DNA of 64,000 nucleotides from the NCBI GenBank assembly GCA_039812725.1, contig JBDIBD010000001.1:3550-67549 (forward strand), given 5' to 3'. Made by a program: the position numbers and the translations under genes. Below are positions 28,461 through 37,080 of the stretch, one piece after another. The stretch is from Vicinamibacteria bacterium (GTDB lineage Bacteria; Acidobacteriota; Vicinamibacteria; Fen-336). Under the pieces are notes generated by a model. That model did not search any database and was not told the origin of the DNA. It was given only the letters and a program-made list of their open reading frames with translations. Within the stretch, counting starts at the first letter, position 1; each line of letters opens with the position of its first letter.

Positions 28461-31343
28461 ATGCGCCTGTCACGCCGAGTCGTGGTGCTGATCGCCCTCG
28501 TCCTCGCTTCCCTGCCGGCCGCTGGAGTTGCCGGCGAGAAGGCCACCGACACACCCGAGGAGCTGATCCGAAGAGCCAACCTGGGCGACGCTGAGGCGCA
28601 GACCAACCTTGGGCTCAAGTACTACAAGGGCGAGGGCGTCTCCAAGGACCCGGTCAAGGCCGCGCAGCTCTGGGAGAAGGCCTGCGCCTCCGACTACGCC
28701 CGTGCGTGCTTCGGCCTCGGACTCCGCTACGACGATGGCAAGGGCGTCCCCAAGGACCCAGCCAAGGCGGTGCAGCTTTGGCAGAAAGCCTGCGACGGCG
28801 GGCATGCGCGCGCATGCTTCATCCTAGGACTCCGCTACGAGGACGACGAGAGCGTACGCATAGACCCAGCCAAGGGGGCACAGCTCTACCAGAAGGCCTG
28901 CACCGCAGGTGAACCGGACGCGTGCTTCATCCTCGGGATCAAGTACTACGAGGGGGTGGGCGTCCCTCAGGACGCGGTCAAGGCCGCGCAGTTTTGGGAC
29001 AAGGCCTGCGCCGCAAACGACTATGTTCGCCCGTGCTACGGGCTCGGCCTCGGCTACGACGCCGGTGTAGGTGTCCCCAAGGACCCCGCCAAGGCTGCGC
29101 AGCTCTGGCAGAAGGCCTGCGACGCCGGCTACGCCCGTGCGTGCTACAACTTGGGGCTCCGCTACGACGCCGGGGTGGGCGTGACCAAGGACCCAGCCAA
29201 GGCCGCACAGCTCTACCAGAAGGCCTGCGATGCCGGCGATGCGGAGGCGTGTTCCGGACTTGGCAGCAGCTACTACCAAGGCGTGGATGTTCCGAAGGAC
29301 CTAGCTAGGGCTGCGAGGCTCTGGCAGAAGGCCTGCGACGCCGACTACGCGGAGGCGTGCGTGTACCTTGGCTCCAGCTACGGTGCTGGCGAGGGCGTGC
29401 CCAAGGACCCAGCCAAGGCGGCGCAGCTCTACCAGAAGGCCTGCGACGCCGACTACGCCCGTGCGTGCGCCGGGCTCGGCGTGGCCTACTATCAGGGCGC
29501 AGGCGTTGCCAAGAATGCAACCAAGGCCGCGCAGCTCTGGCAGAAGGCCTGCGACGCCGACCACGCGGCTGCGTGCTTCAACCTCGCGGTGGCCTACGGC
29601 GAGGGCGTGGGCGTCCCCAAGGACCCCGCCAAGGCGGCGCAGCTCTACCAGAGAGCCTGCGACGCTCGCGATGCGGATGCGTGCTTCAACCTCGGACACC
29701 GCTACGATGCCGGGGAGGGCGTGACCAAGGACCCATCCAAGGCCGCACAGCTCTGGCAGAAGGCCTGCGATGCAGGCGCTGCGAGCGGGTGCTTCAACCT
29801 TGCCCTCCGCTACGATGCCGGGGAGGGCGTGACCAAGGACCCATCCAAGGCCACACAGCTCTGGCAGAAGGCCTGCGATGCAGGCGCTGCGAGCGGGTGC
29901 TTCAACCTTGCCCTCCGCTACGACGCCGGCGAGGGCGTCCCCAAGGACCCAGCCAAGGCCGCACAGCTCTACCAGAAGGCCTGCGACGCCGACTACACGG
30001 AGGCATGCTTCAACCTCGGGCTCCGCTACGATGCTGGGGAGGGCGTGACCAAGGACCCCGTCAAGGCCGCACAGCTCTGGCAGAAGGCCTGCGAGGCAGG
30101 CGCGCCGCGCGGGTGCTTCAACCTCGGACTCCGCTACGACGCCGGCGAGGGCGTCCCCAAGGACCCAGCCAAGGCCGCTCAGCTCTGGCAGAAGGCCTGC
30201 GACGCCGACCACGCGGCTGCGTGCTTCATCCTCGCGGTGGCCTACGGCGAGGGCGGGGGCGTGACCAAGGACCCAGCCAAGGCCGCTCAGCTCTACCAGA
30301 AGGCCTGCGACGCCGACTACACGGAGGCATGCTTCAACCTCGGGCTCCGCTACGATGCTGGGGAGGGCGTGACCAAGGACCCCGTCAAGGCCGCACAGCT
30401 CTGGCAGAAGGCCTGCGATGCCGACTACGGCGCCGCGTGCTTCAACCTCGGGGCCAGCTACGCCAGCGGGTTCGGGGTGCTAAGGAGCGGCGGTGCTGCC
30501 GCCGAGTCTTACTACAAGGCCGGACTTGCCCACCTCAAGCGCGGCGAGAAGGCGAAGGCGCTCCTGTGCGTGGAGCGAATTCAGAACCTCACCAAGGTAC
30601 TGGGCCTGACGGTGCCGAACGGCTTCCTCGCGGACGCGTTGCTCAAGGCAGCCTACGCGGGCGACCACGCATCAGGAAGGGCACCAGTGGAGGGCTCACC
30701 CTCGGACCAAGCCACAGCGAAAGCGTTCGGCACCGGCTGGGTGGTTGGTCACCACGTGGTCACCAACCATCACGTCGTATCCGGCGCGACGAAGATCCGC
30801 CTAGTGCTCGCTGACGGCACGTCCCTTGGCGCGCGCGTCGCGGTGTCGGATGCCACCAACGACCTCGTCCTGTTGGCACCAGAGCCGGGCGCTGGTCTTC
30901 CGCCTCCGCTGCCGCTCGCCACACAGCCGCCCCGCAGCGGCGAGACGGTGTTCACAATTGGCCATCCCTATCCCACGCTCCTGGGGTCCGAGGCGAAGGT
31001 TACCGATGGCGTCATCAGTGCCACCTCGGGGCTCGGGAACGACCCCCGCCTCCTGCAGGTCAGTGTGCCCATCCAGCCAGGGAACAGCGGTGGTCCGCTC
31101 GTCAACATGCGGGGCCAGGTCGTGGGGGTCGTGATCTCCAAGCTGAACGCGGCCGAAGTCTTCCGCTGGAGTGGCGATCTGCCGGAGAACGTGGGCTATG
31201 CCATCAAGCTCGCCTATCTCGTGCCGATACTGCCGACGCAGCAGCCAGCCCCGATGGCGTCTCGCATCACGGCGATTCAAGGGCTCGCTGACCTCGTGGC
31301 GCGGGTGAAGCCGTCTATCGTGCTGGTCGTCGCCGTCAAGTAG
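28461..31343 (+). CDS. secreted Sel1-like repeat (SLR) protein fused to C-terminal trypsin-like (S1/HtrA-like) serine protease
   Basis: Signal peptide MRLSRRVVVLIALVLASLPAAGVAG; ~22 Sel1 repeats (KDPxKAAQLWQKACDxG...AC); protease catalytic residues (VTNHHVV His, D, GNSGGPL Ser). Confidence 0.85.
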   Translation: MRLSRRVVVLIALVLASLPAAGVAGEKATDTPEELIRRANLGDAEAQTNLGLKYYKGEGVSKDPVKAAQLWEKACASDYARACFGLGLRYDDGKGVPKDPAKAVQLWQKACDGGHARACFILGLRYEDDESVRIDPAKGAQLYQKACTAGEPDACFILGIKYYEGVGVPQDAVKAAQFWDKACAANDYVRPCYGLGLGYDAGVGVPKDPAKAAQLWQKACDAGYARACYNLGLRYDAGVGVTKDPAKAAQLYQKACDAGDAEACSGLGSSYYQGVDVPKDLARAARLWQKACDADYAEACVYLGSSYGAGEGVPKDPAKAAQLYQKACDADYARACAGLGVAYYQGAGVAKNATKAAQLWQKACDADHAAACFNLAVAYGEGVGVPKDPAKAAQLYQRACDARDADACFNLGHRYDAGEGVTKDPSKAAQLWQKACDAGAASGCFNLALRYDAGEGVTKDPSKATQLWQKACDAGAASGCFNLALRYDAGEGVPKDPAKAAQLYQKACDADYTEACFNLGLRYDAGEGVTKDPVKAAQLWQKACEAGAPRGCFNLGLRYDAGEGVPKDPAKAAQLWQKACDADHAAACFILAVAYGEGGGVTKDPAKAAQLYQKACDADYTEACFNLGLRYDAGEGVTKDPVKAAQLWQKACDADYGAACFNLGASYASGFGVLRSGGAAAESYYKAGLAHLKRGEKAKALLCVERIQNLTKVLGLTVPNGFLADALLKAAYAGDHASGRAPVEGSPSDQATAKAFGTGWVVGHHVVTNHHVVSGATKIRLVLADGTSLGARVAVSDATNDLVLLAPEPGAGLPPPLPLATQPPRSGETVFTIGHPYPTLLGSEAKVTDGVISATSGLGNDPRLLQVSVPIQPGNSGGPLVNMRGQVVGVVISKLNAAEVFRWSGDLPENVGYAIKLAYLVPILPTQQPAPMASRITAIQGLADLVARVKPSIVLVVAVK
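28560..30470 (+). repeat. tandem array of ~108-bp Sel1-repeat coding units, several near-identical (e.g. ~29725-29832 vs ~29833-29940)
   Basis: Seen in sequence/translation: repeated ...GVTKDPSKAAQLWQKACDAGAASGCFNLALRYDAGE... units. Confidence 0.7.
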
Positions 31344-31409
31344 CAGGAAGGGGGCCATGGCCCATGGCATCGTCGCCACCTGACGGGGACAGGGTGGGCC
31401 CGCCTCCTG

Positions 31410-32006
31410 TCAGCGCGCCGGGCCGCCGTCGCGCCCTGGCGCACCCAGCCACCGGCGGTCCCACGTCCGCAGGCGCAGAGCGGCCTCGGCCACGCGGTCG
31501 GGGAACAGCCGCTCCACCAGCACCAGGAAGTTCGCCTTCAGGGTGCGCAGGTCCGTCACGGCCGAGGTCATCTCCTCCTCGAACCGCGGCAGCAGGACGT
31601 CGAGGTCCAGCGGCGGCTGCATCCTCTCGATCGCCTCGAGGTCGTGCTCGTACCCGCGGATGACCTTCATCAGCGCCAGGTCGTGCCTCTCGGGCACCAG
31701 CACCACCAGGCGCCGCAGGCCAGGCAGCGCGCGCTGCAGCCGGTCCTCGAGCTCGTACGGCCCGTCCGCGACCCCGCTCTTGCCGAACGGGACGTCCAGG
31801 CCACAGGCCTTCCTCGCACGCTCCACCGCCGCCTCGAGCTGCGGCGGCACCACCGACCAGGTGTCGATGTCCGTCGTGGCCACGGCCACACCGTACTGGA
31901 TCGCCGCCGCGGCGCCGCCGATCACCACCACCTCGACGCGCTCCTCGAGCACCTCGTCCACGGACGCCAGGAACCGGCTCAGCTCCGGGCCCGAGAACGT
32001 CCTCAC
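31410..32006 (-). CDS. putative nucleotidyltransferase-fold protein (DUF6036/MNT-like), second gene of a 2-gene module
   Basis: 198 aa; VVVIGGAAAAIQYGVAVATTDIDTW resembles the pol-beta NTase GS...D.D motif; start overlaps (ATGA) the upstream wHTH gene. Confidence 0.5.
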   Translation of the reverse strand: MRTFSGPELSRFLASVDEVLEERVEVVVIGGAAAAIQYGVAVATTDIDTWSVVPPQLEAAVERARKACGLDVPFGKSGVADGPYELEDRLQRALPGLRRLVVLVPERHDLALMKVIRGYEHDLEAIERMQPPLDLDVLLPRFEEEMTSAVTDLRTLKANFLVLVERLFPDRVAEAALRLRTWDRRWLGAPGRDGGPAR

Positions 32007-32773
32007 GGCCGGCCGGCCGCGTGCTTCTCGAACAGGCTCGCGAAGCTGTCCAGGCCCACGTTCATCACGAAGCCCCAGCGCCGGGCCACGGCGGGCGTGG
32101 TGCGCCGCGCGGCCGCCAGCGCCAGCGGCCCCCGGCCGCCCCGGAAGAACGGCTCGACACGCCGCCGTCGGCCGTCACGCAGGCGCCGGGCGGCGGCCCT
32201 GAAGGCCGCGGACCGGCCCAGCTGGCCCGCCAGCTCCAGGAAGAACCCCAGGGCCTGCCGCTCGTCCCGCCTCGTTGCCTCAGCCGTAAGCCGGGCGACG
32301 TCCACGTCGTCCCGCCGGCGCCACAGCAGGAGCGGCATCACCCTGGCCACCGTGGCGTCCCGGTGCGCGAGGGCCAGGCCCTCCGCCAGCACCACCTCGA
32401 GCGCCGGGCTGGGCTCCTCCGCAGGCTCCGCCAGGAGCGGCGCACCGGCCTCGGCCAACCAGCTCCGCGCGAGCGCATCCCCGGGCTCGCCGCCCCGGGG
32501 GGCCTCGGGCCCACCCAGCTTCAACAGGGCACCAAGAGCCGCGCTCACCTCCGGCCCTGCCTGTGGCCGGGCCCGGACCACCAGGCGGCCACCCACGCGC
32601 TCCGACTCGGCCAGGCCGGCAGTACGCATGGCCGCCAGCTCCCGGTGCACCGCCGCGTAGCGCGCCCCGACACGCCGCGCCAGGTCGCTCACGCTGCTCG
32701 ACACACCCTCGCCCCACAACAGCCCCAGCAGGGCGCGCCGCACACGGCTCGTGACCAGGTACTCCAGCAGCAT
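32003..32773 (-). CDS. winged-HTH (ArsR-like) domain protein, first gene of HTH-NTase module
   Basis: 256 aa; N-terminal LEYLVTSRVRRALLGLLW...VSDLARRVGARYAAVHRELAAMRTAGL typical wHTH. Confidence 0.5.
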   Translation of the reverse strand: MLLEYLVTSRVRRALLGLLWGEGVSSSVSDLARRVGARYAAVHRELAAMRTAGLAESERVGGRLVVRARPQAGPEVSAALGALLKLGGPEAPRGGEPGDALARSWLAEAGAPLLAEPAEEPSPALEVVLAEGLALAHRDATVARVMPLLLWRRRDDVDVARLTAEATRRDERQALGFFLELAGQLGRSAAFRAAARRLRDGRRRRVEPFFRGGRGPLALAAARRTTPAVARRWGFVMNVGLDSFASLFEKHAAGRP

Positions 32774-32861
32774 GGGATCAGAGTATCACCAGGTGTGATA
32801 ACTCTGCGCGCTTTCGGGACCGCTGGCCAACGGCCAGGGTGGCCGCGAGGCCCGGGGAGAG

Positions 32862-33635
32862 CTACTTCCCGTAGACGGCTTTCAGGAGGGCATCCGCCAG
32901 GAAGGCGTTCGGGACAGTGAGGCCCATCTTCTCGAGCTCTCGGATGCGCTCGGCGCACATCACGACGTTCGCCGTCTCGCCGCGCTTCAGGTAGGCCTGG
33001 CCGGCCGTGTGGTACCACTCTGCTGCTGCACCACCGCTCTTGGGCACGCCCTGGCCCGAGGCGTAGGCGCCGGCGAGACCGTAACACCCATCCGCGTCGC
33101 CACTGGCGCAGGCCTGCCGGTGAAGCTGCGTTGCCCGGACGCCGTCCTTGGGGACACCCTCGCCCTCTGCGTAGGCCCGGCCGAGCCGCGCGCACGCTGC
33201 GGCGTCGCTACGGTCGCAGGCCAGGCGGTACAGCTCCGCCGCCCGGCCCGCATCTCTGGCAACACCCTCACCGTGGGAGTAGGCGATGCCGAGGTTGTAG
33301 CACGCACCCGCCTCGCCGGCGTCGCAGGCCTTCCGAAATAGCCGCACGGCCCGGGCAAGGTCCCTGGGAACTCCATTCCCATTGCCGTAGGCGATGCCGA
33401 GGCTATGGCACGCACCCGCGTGACCGAGATCGCAGGCCTTCTGGTACAGCACCAGTGCTCGCGATGTGTCCCCGGGGACACCGCGGCCGAAGTCGTACAT
33501 GCCCCCAAGCGTCGCGCAGGCTGGCGCTGCGCCACCGTCGCACGCCTCCTGCAGGGCCGGCAGCGACTGGTCCTGAGCTCGCGCCACAACGCTCGCGAAC
33601 ACGAGCACTGGGAGAAGATTCGCGGTCTTCCTCAT
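32862..33635 (-). CDS. secreted Sel1-like repeat protein (paralog of the repeat domain of 28461..31343)
   Basis: Signal peptide MRKTANLLPVLVFASVVARA; Sel1 repeats; C-terminal GGAAAEWYHTAGQAYLKRGE...GLTVPNAFLADALLKAVYGK matches an internal segment of the large SLR-protease; ATG at 33635 with GGAGG RBS. Confidence 0.75.
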   Translation of the reverse strand: MRKTANLLPVLVFASVVARAQDQSLPALQEACDGGAAPACATLGGMYDFGRGVPGDTSRALVLYQKACDLGHAGACHSLGIAYGNGNGVPRDLARAVRLFRKACDAGEAGACYNLGIAYSHGEGVARDAGRAAELYRLACDRSDAAACARLGRAYAEGEGVPKDGVRATQLHRQACASGDADGCYGLAGAYASGQGVPKSGGAAAEWYHTAGQAYLKRGETANVVMCAERIRELEKMGLTVPNAFLADALLKAVYGK

Positions 33636-33747
33636 GGACGCCACCTCCGGAGAGGAACTCCCAGCAATTCTACGGTGGGCGGGCTCCCGGGACGTCGCTT
33701 ATGCTGGCACTCTCCAGCCCGCAGTGAGGCTTGCTCACGGAGGTGTC

Positions 33748-34941
33748 GTGGTCTTCAGCAAGAGCATCGACCAGCTGACGCGCGAGGACGTCGTGGCCCT
33801 CGTCGCCAACGGTGTCTCCGAGAGCCGCACGCTCGACTACAAGGACCAGCTCCCCACCTGGAACGACAAGGCCAGGCACGACCTTCTCGCAGACTTCTCG
33901 GCCTTCGCCAACACCGCCGGTGGCTGGATCCTCTACGGCGTCTCCGAGAAGCGCGACGACGGGGGCACCCAGACCGGCGTCCCAGAGGCAGCCCAAGGCC
34001 TCGCCGGTGTCACCCTGGATCAGGAGATCCTCCGCATCCATCAGATCCTCGACGCCGGCCTCGACCCACGCATCCCGGGCGTGCAGCTGCGCGCGATCGA
34101 CGGCTTCCCCAACGGGCCCGTCCTGGTCGCCCACATCCCGCGCAGCTGGCTCCGGCCCCACATGCTCACCAACCGGAGCAGCCCGTTCTACGGGCGCAAC
34201 AGCCGGGGGTGCTACCCGCTCGACGTCCAGGAGGTCCGCACCGTCGTGCTCGGCACGGCCGACGCCGGCGAGAAGCTCCGACGCTTCCGCCAGGACCGCC
34301 TCGCGGCCATCCTCAGCGGGGAAGCGGCCGACCTCCTACCCGGGCTGCCACGACTCGTCCTTCACGCTGTGCCCCTCGACGCTCTCGGCGAGCCGGGCTC
34401 GCGGCCCCAGCTCGACGTCCGGCGCCTCGAGCCTATGCCACTACCGCTTGGTGGCGCCGCCTATGAGTACCGCTTCAACTACCACGGACGCTTCGGGTAC
34501 GCCGTCGGAAAGGACGCGGCGGGCCACACGCGCATCAAACGCTATGTCCAAGTGTTTCGTGCGGGTGTGATTGAAGCGCTCGACTGCGTCGGGCTTGGGC
34601 GCGATACCGGGCGTAACCTCCCCGGCCTCTCTCTCGAGCAGGACATCATCAGGACTCTGGCTGACCATCTCAAGGCACTCCCCGCATGGGGAGTCGCCCC
34701 CCCAGCCGTCGTCATGCTGTCGCTCGTCGGAGCCTCTGGGTGGCGGCTAGCCTCGGACCCATCCCCCTGGCCCGACCAGTGGGTGCCTTTCGAGGTCGAC
34801 CTCATCGCCCTGCCCGAGGTCCTCGTGGAGAACTTCTCCCAGGATGCTGCGACCGTCCTGCGCCCCGCCCTCGACGTGCTGTGGCAGGCGGCGGGACGCC
34901 CCCAGAGCCCTTACTACAACGACGACGGGACCCATAGGTGA
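33748..34941 (+). CDS. AlbA_2 (Schlafen-like divergent AAA/DNA-binding) domain protein
   Basis: LDYKDQLP...DLLADFSAFANTAGGWILYGV matches AlbA_2/Schlafen box; GTG at 33748 after GGAGG (track start 33634 would overlap the convergent Sel1 gene). Confidence 0.6.
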   Translation: MVFSKSIDQLTREDVVALVANGVSESRTLDYKDQLPTWNDKARHDLLADFSAFANTAGGWILYGVSEKRDDGGTQTGVPEAAQGLAGVTLDQEILRIHQILDAGLDPRIPGVQLRAIDGFPNGPVLVAHIPRSWLRPHMLTNRSSPFYGRNSRGCYPLDVQEVRTVVLGTADAGEKLRRFRQDRLAAILSGEAADLLPGLPRLVLHAVPLDALGEPGSRPQLDVRRLEPMPLPLGGAAYEYRFNYHGRFGYAVGKDAAGHTRIKRYVQVFRAGVIEALDCVGLGRDTGRNLPGLSLEQDIIRTLADHLKALPAWGVAPPAVVMLSLVGASGWRLASDPSPWPDQWVPFEVDLIALPEVLVENFSQDAATVLRPALDVLWQAAGRPQSPYYNDDGTHR

Positions 34942-34984
34942 CGGGTGGCCGGCGCCGGGACACAATGGCCTGCGAGGAGGCGCC

Positions 34985-35152
34985 ATGGGCTTTGCCAGCA
35001 TGAATGAGGACGCTCAGGACTCCTACGATGAGGCGATGGCCGACCGCGAGTCCGAAGCCGACGACTCCGGGTCCACTTCCGACAACGACTCGGGCTCCAA
35101 CGACGATTCGGGCGCGAACTCCAACAACGGCGACGACAGCAGCGACAAGTAG
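34985..35152 (+). CDS. small hyper-acidic Ser/Asp-rich protein (55 aa)
   Basis: MGFASMNEDAQDSYDEAMADRESEADDSGSTSDNDSGSNDDSGANSNNGDDSSDK; GAGGAGG RBS upstream of ATG. Confidence 0.4.
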   Translation: MGFASMNEDAQDSYDEAMADRESEADDSGSTSDNDSGSNDDSGANSNNGDDSSDK

Positions 35153-35182
35153 TGGCGCGGCGTCGGGTGGGCGGGGTGTGCA

Positions 35183-35395
35183 ATGGCTGACACGCGGATG
35201 CAGCTGGTCGTGGTCTTCGACCCGGAGGCCGCGAGCGGCGCCGTCCATCGGTCTCTGACCCAGGTGCGCCGGATCGGCCGCGAGGGGCTCTTCGACGGGG
35301 AGGACGTCCTCCCGGGCTTCAGCTGCCGCATCACCGAGATCCTCGAGCACCACGGGCCACTGGGGGCGCGGACCGCAACCGCAGCCCGCAGCTGA
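35183..35395 (+). CDS. hypothetical small protein (70 aa)
   Basis: ORF only; weak RBS. Confidence 0.25.
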   Translation: MADTRMQLVVVFDPEAASGAVHRSLTQVRRIGREGLFDGEDVLPGFSCRITEILEHHGPLGARTATAARS

Positions 35396-35448
35396 AGGCC
35401 CCGGCCGACGTCGGTCGGGGCCTGTGCGATCATGGGCGCTGGGACAGC

Positions 35449-35793
35449 ATGGACCCGAGGAACCCGCACCGCCTGAACGACCTCCGCAGCCTGGCGATTC
35501 ATCGCCTGATCGCGGAGCGCATCGAGGCGGACCCGGGCTTGCTCGAAGGGGTTCGCCGACGGCTGGGGGACTTGGCCACACGGGGCGTCCTGCACCCCCG
35601 CTACGCCGCCGCGTGGGCGGAGCTGCTCGACGGCCCACTCGATCGGCTGCTGAGGACGCTGCGTGACGACGGCGAGCGGGCCACGGCCCTGCGCCAAGCA
35701 TCCCCCTTCTCCGGCATCATCGACCAGGCCACGCGTTGGCGCGTCTGGAAGGACGTCACGGCTGCCTGGCGGGCAGACCGGGGAGCGGCATGA
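35449..35793 (+). CDS. hypothetical helical protein, upstream partner of NTase-like gene (putative antitoxin)
   Basis: 114 aa; stop overlaps (ATGA) the start of the downstream gene. Confidence 0.45.
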   Translation: MDPRNPHRLNDLRSLAIHRLIAERIEADPGLLEGVRRRLGDLATRGVLHPRYAAAWAELLDGPLDRLLRTLRDDGERATALRQASPFSGIIDQATRWRVWKDVTAAWRADRGAA

Positions 35794-36359
35794 CCCGCAG
35801 CCAGCTCGAGCATGTGTTGCGGGCCGCGGCTGCCATCAGCGAGTGCTCGACGATCATGGTGGTCGGAAGCCAGGCCATCCTCGGTGAGCACCCCGACGCG
35901 CCCCCGGAGCTGCTCGTCTCGATGGAGGTCGACATCTACCCGCTCGAGCGCCCGGAGAGGGCCGACCTGATCGACGGCGCCATCGGCGAGGTGTCCGCCT
36001 TCCACGAGACCTTCGGCTACTACGCGCAAGGCGTGGGCCCCGAGACGGCGACGCTGCCAAGGGGCTGGGAGCGGCGGCTTGTACGGATCGTCGCCAGCCC
36101 CGCGGTCGGCCTGTGTCCCGAGACGCACGACTTGGTCCTGTCGAAGTACGCCGCTGGGCGGGAGAAGGACCGAGACTACGTCCGCGCCGCCGCACGCCAT
36201 GCACTTGTCCGGCAGGATGTGCTGCTCGCGAGGCTCGAGGACCTGCCCATCACCGAAGAGCACAGGATCCGCCTTCGCGGCCTCATCGGACAGGATTTCG
36301 CCCCCGGCCACGGGCTGGAGCAGTTCCAGACGGAGCCCGGGCCCGACCGGGAGCGCTGA
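35790..36359 (+). CDS. putative nucleotidyltransferase-fold protein (DUF6036-like); C-terminal 14 aa encoded by the palindromic repeat element
   Basis: MVVGSQAILGEHPD...MEVDIYP NTase-like; ends ...GLEQFQTEPGPDRER inside repeat copy A. Confidence 0.5.
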   Translation: MTRSQLEHVLRAAAAISECSTIMVVGSQAILGEHPDAPPELLVSMEVDIYPLERPERADLIDGAIGEVSAFHETFGYYAQGVGPETATLPRGWERRLVRIVASPAVGLCPETHDLVLSKYAAGREKDRDYVRAAARHALVRQDVLLARLEDLPITEEHRIRLRGLIGQDFAPGHGLEQFQTEPGPDRER

Positions 36360-36390
36360 CCGCGTCAGCGCCCCCGGGCCGGGACCGGCG
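36314..36390. repeat. GC-rich palindromic repeat element copy A (core GCGCTGACCGCGTCAGCGC, TGA on both strands)
   Basis: Seen in sequence; 8-bp perfect arms GCGCTGAC/GTCAGCGC flanked by CCCGGGCCCGACCGGG / CCGGGCCGGGACCGG arms. Confidence 0.7.
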
Positions 36391-36464
36391 AGCGGGTCAA
36401 TGTGGTCCTGGAGCACGGCCCACACCCGCGCCTCGACGGTCAGCAGCGCTACACTGCATGGGGC

Positions 36465-37052
36465 ATGGCGACCACGAGTCAGCGACCCACGGACGCCGAT
36501 CTTCTGGCGCTACCGCGTGTCGGCAAACACGAGGTGCTCGAGGGCGTGGTCCGCGTGAGACCAGCGAGCTGGGCTCACGAAGAGATCGTGGCCCGGATCA
36601 TCTACGAGCTCTCTGCGCACGTCCGAGCCAACCGGCTCGGGACCGTTCTCGGGTCCAACACGCTCTACTGCCTGCCTGGCGGCAACCAGCGCGCCCCCGA
36701 CGTGAGTTTCGTCGCCGCCGGCAGGCTCCAGCAAGCCGGAGCTGGCCCGTTCCCGCAGCTCGCCCCCGACCTCGCCGTCGAGATCCTATCCCCCGGACAG
36801 AGCCCCCGAGCGGTCGGAGATGCCGTCGGTGAGTATCTGGCCGCGGGAGTCCGCCTCGTTTGGGTGATCGACCCCGCCAAGCGTTGTGCGGCCTCGTACC
36901 GCTCGCTCACCGACGTGCAACACGCCGAGCTGGGTGGCTACCTCGACGGTCACGACGTCCTTCCCGGGCTCCGCTGCGCCCTCCAGGATCTCCTGCCGAC
37001 CCCTGGCCTGGAGCAGTTCGGGCCGGAACCGGGGCCCGACCGGGAACGCTGA
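36465..37052 (+). CDS. Uma2 family endonuclease (DUF820, PD-(D/E)XK-like)
   Basis: 196 aa; typical Uma2 layout; ATG at 36465; C-terminus ...GLEQFGPEPGPDRER lies in repeat copy B. Confidence 0.75.
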   Translation: MATTSQRPTDADLLALPRVGKHEVLEGVVRVRPASWAHEEIVARIIYELSAHVRANRLGTVLGSNTLYCLPGGNQRAPDVSFVAAGRLQQAGAGPFPQLAPDLAVEILSPGQSPRAVGDAVGEYLAAGVRLVWVIDPAKRCAASYRSLTDVQHAELGGYLDGHDVLPGLRCALQDLLPTPGLEQFGPEPGPDRER

Positions 37053-37080
37053 CCGCGTCAGCGACTCCGGTCCAGCTCCG
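37001..37080. repeat. palindromic repeat element copy B (ACGCTGACCGCGTCAGCG) providing stop codons for convergent genes 36465..37052(+) and 37058..37747(-)
   Basis: TGA at ~37050-52 (+) and TCA at ~37058-60 (= TGA on minus) both sit inside the palindrome. Confidence 0.7.

Noticed and set aside
31343-31410. Possible convergent terminator hairpin between the SLR-protease gene and the NTase gene
   Set aside because: Only imperfect inverted repeats (GGCCATGGCC-like); not convincing as an intrinsic terminator without a T-tract.
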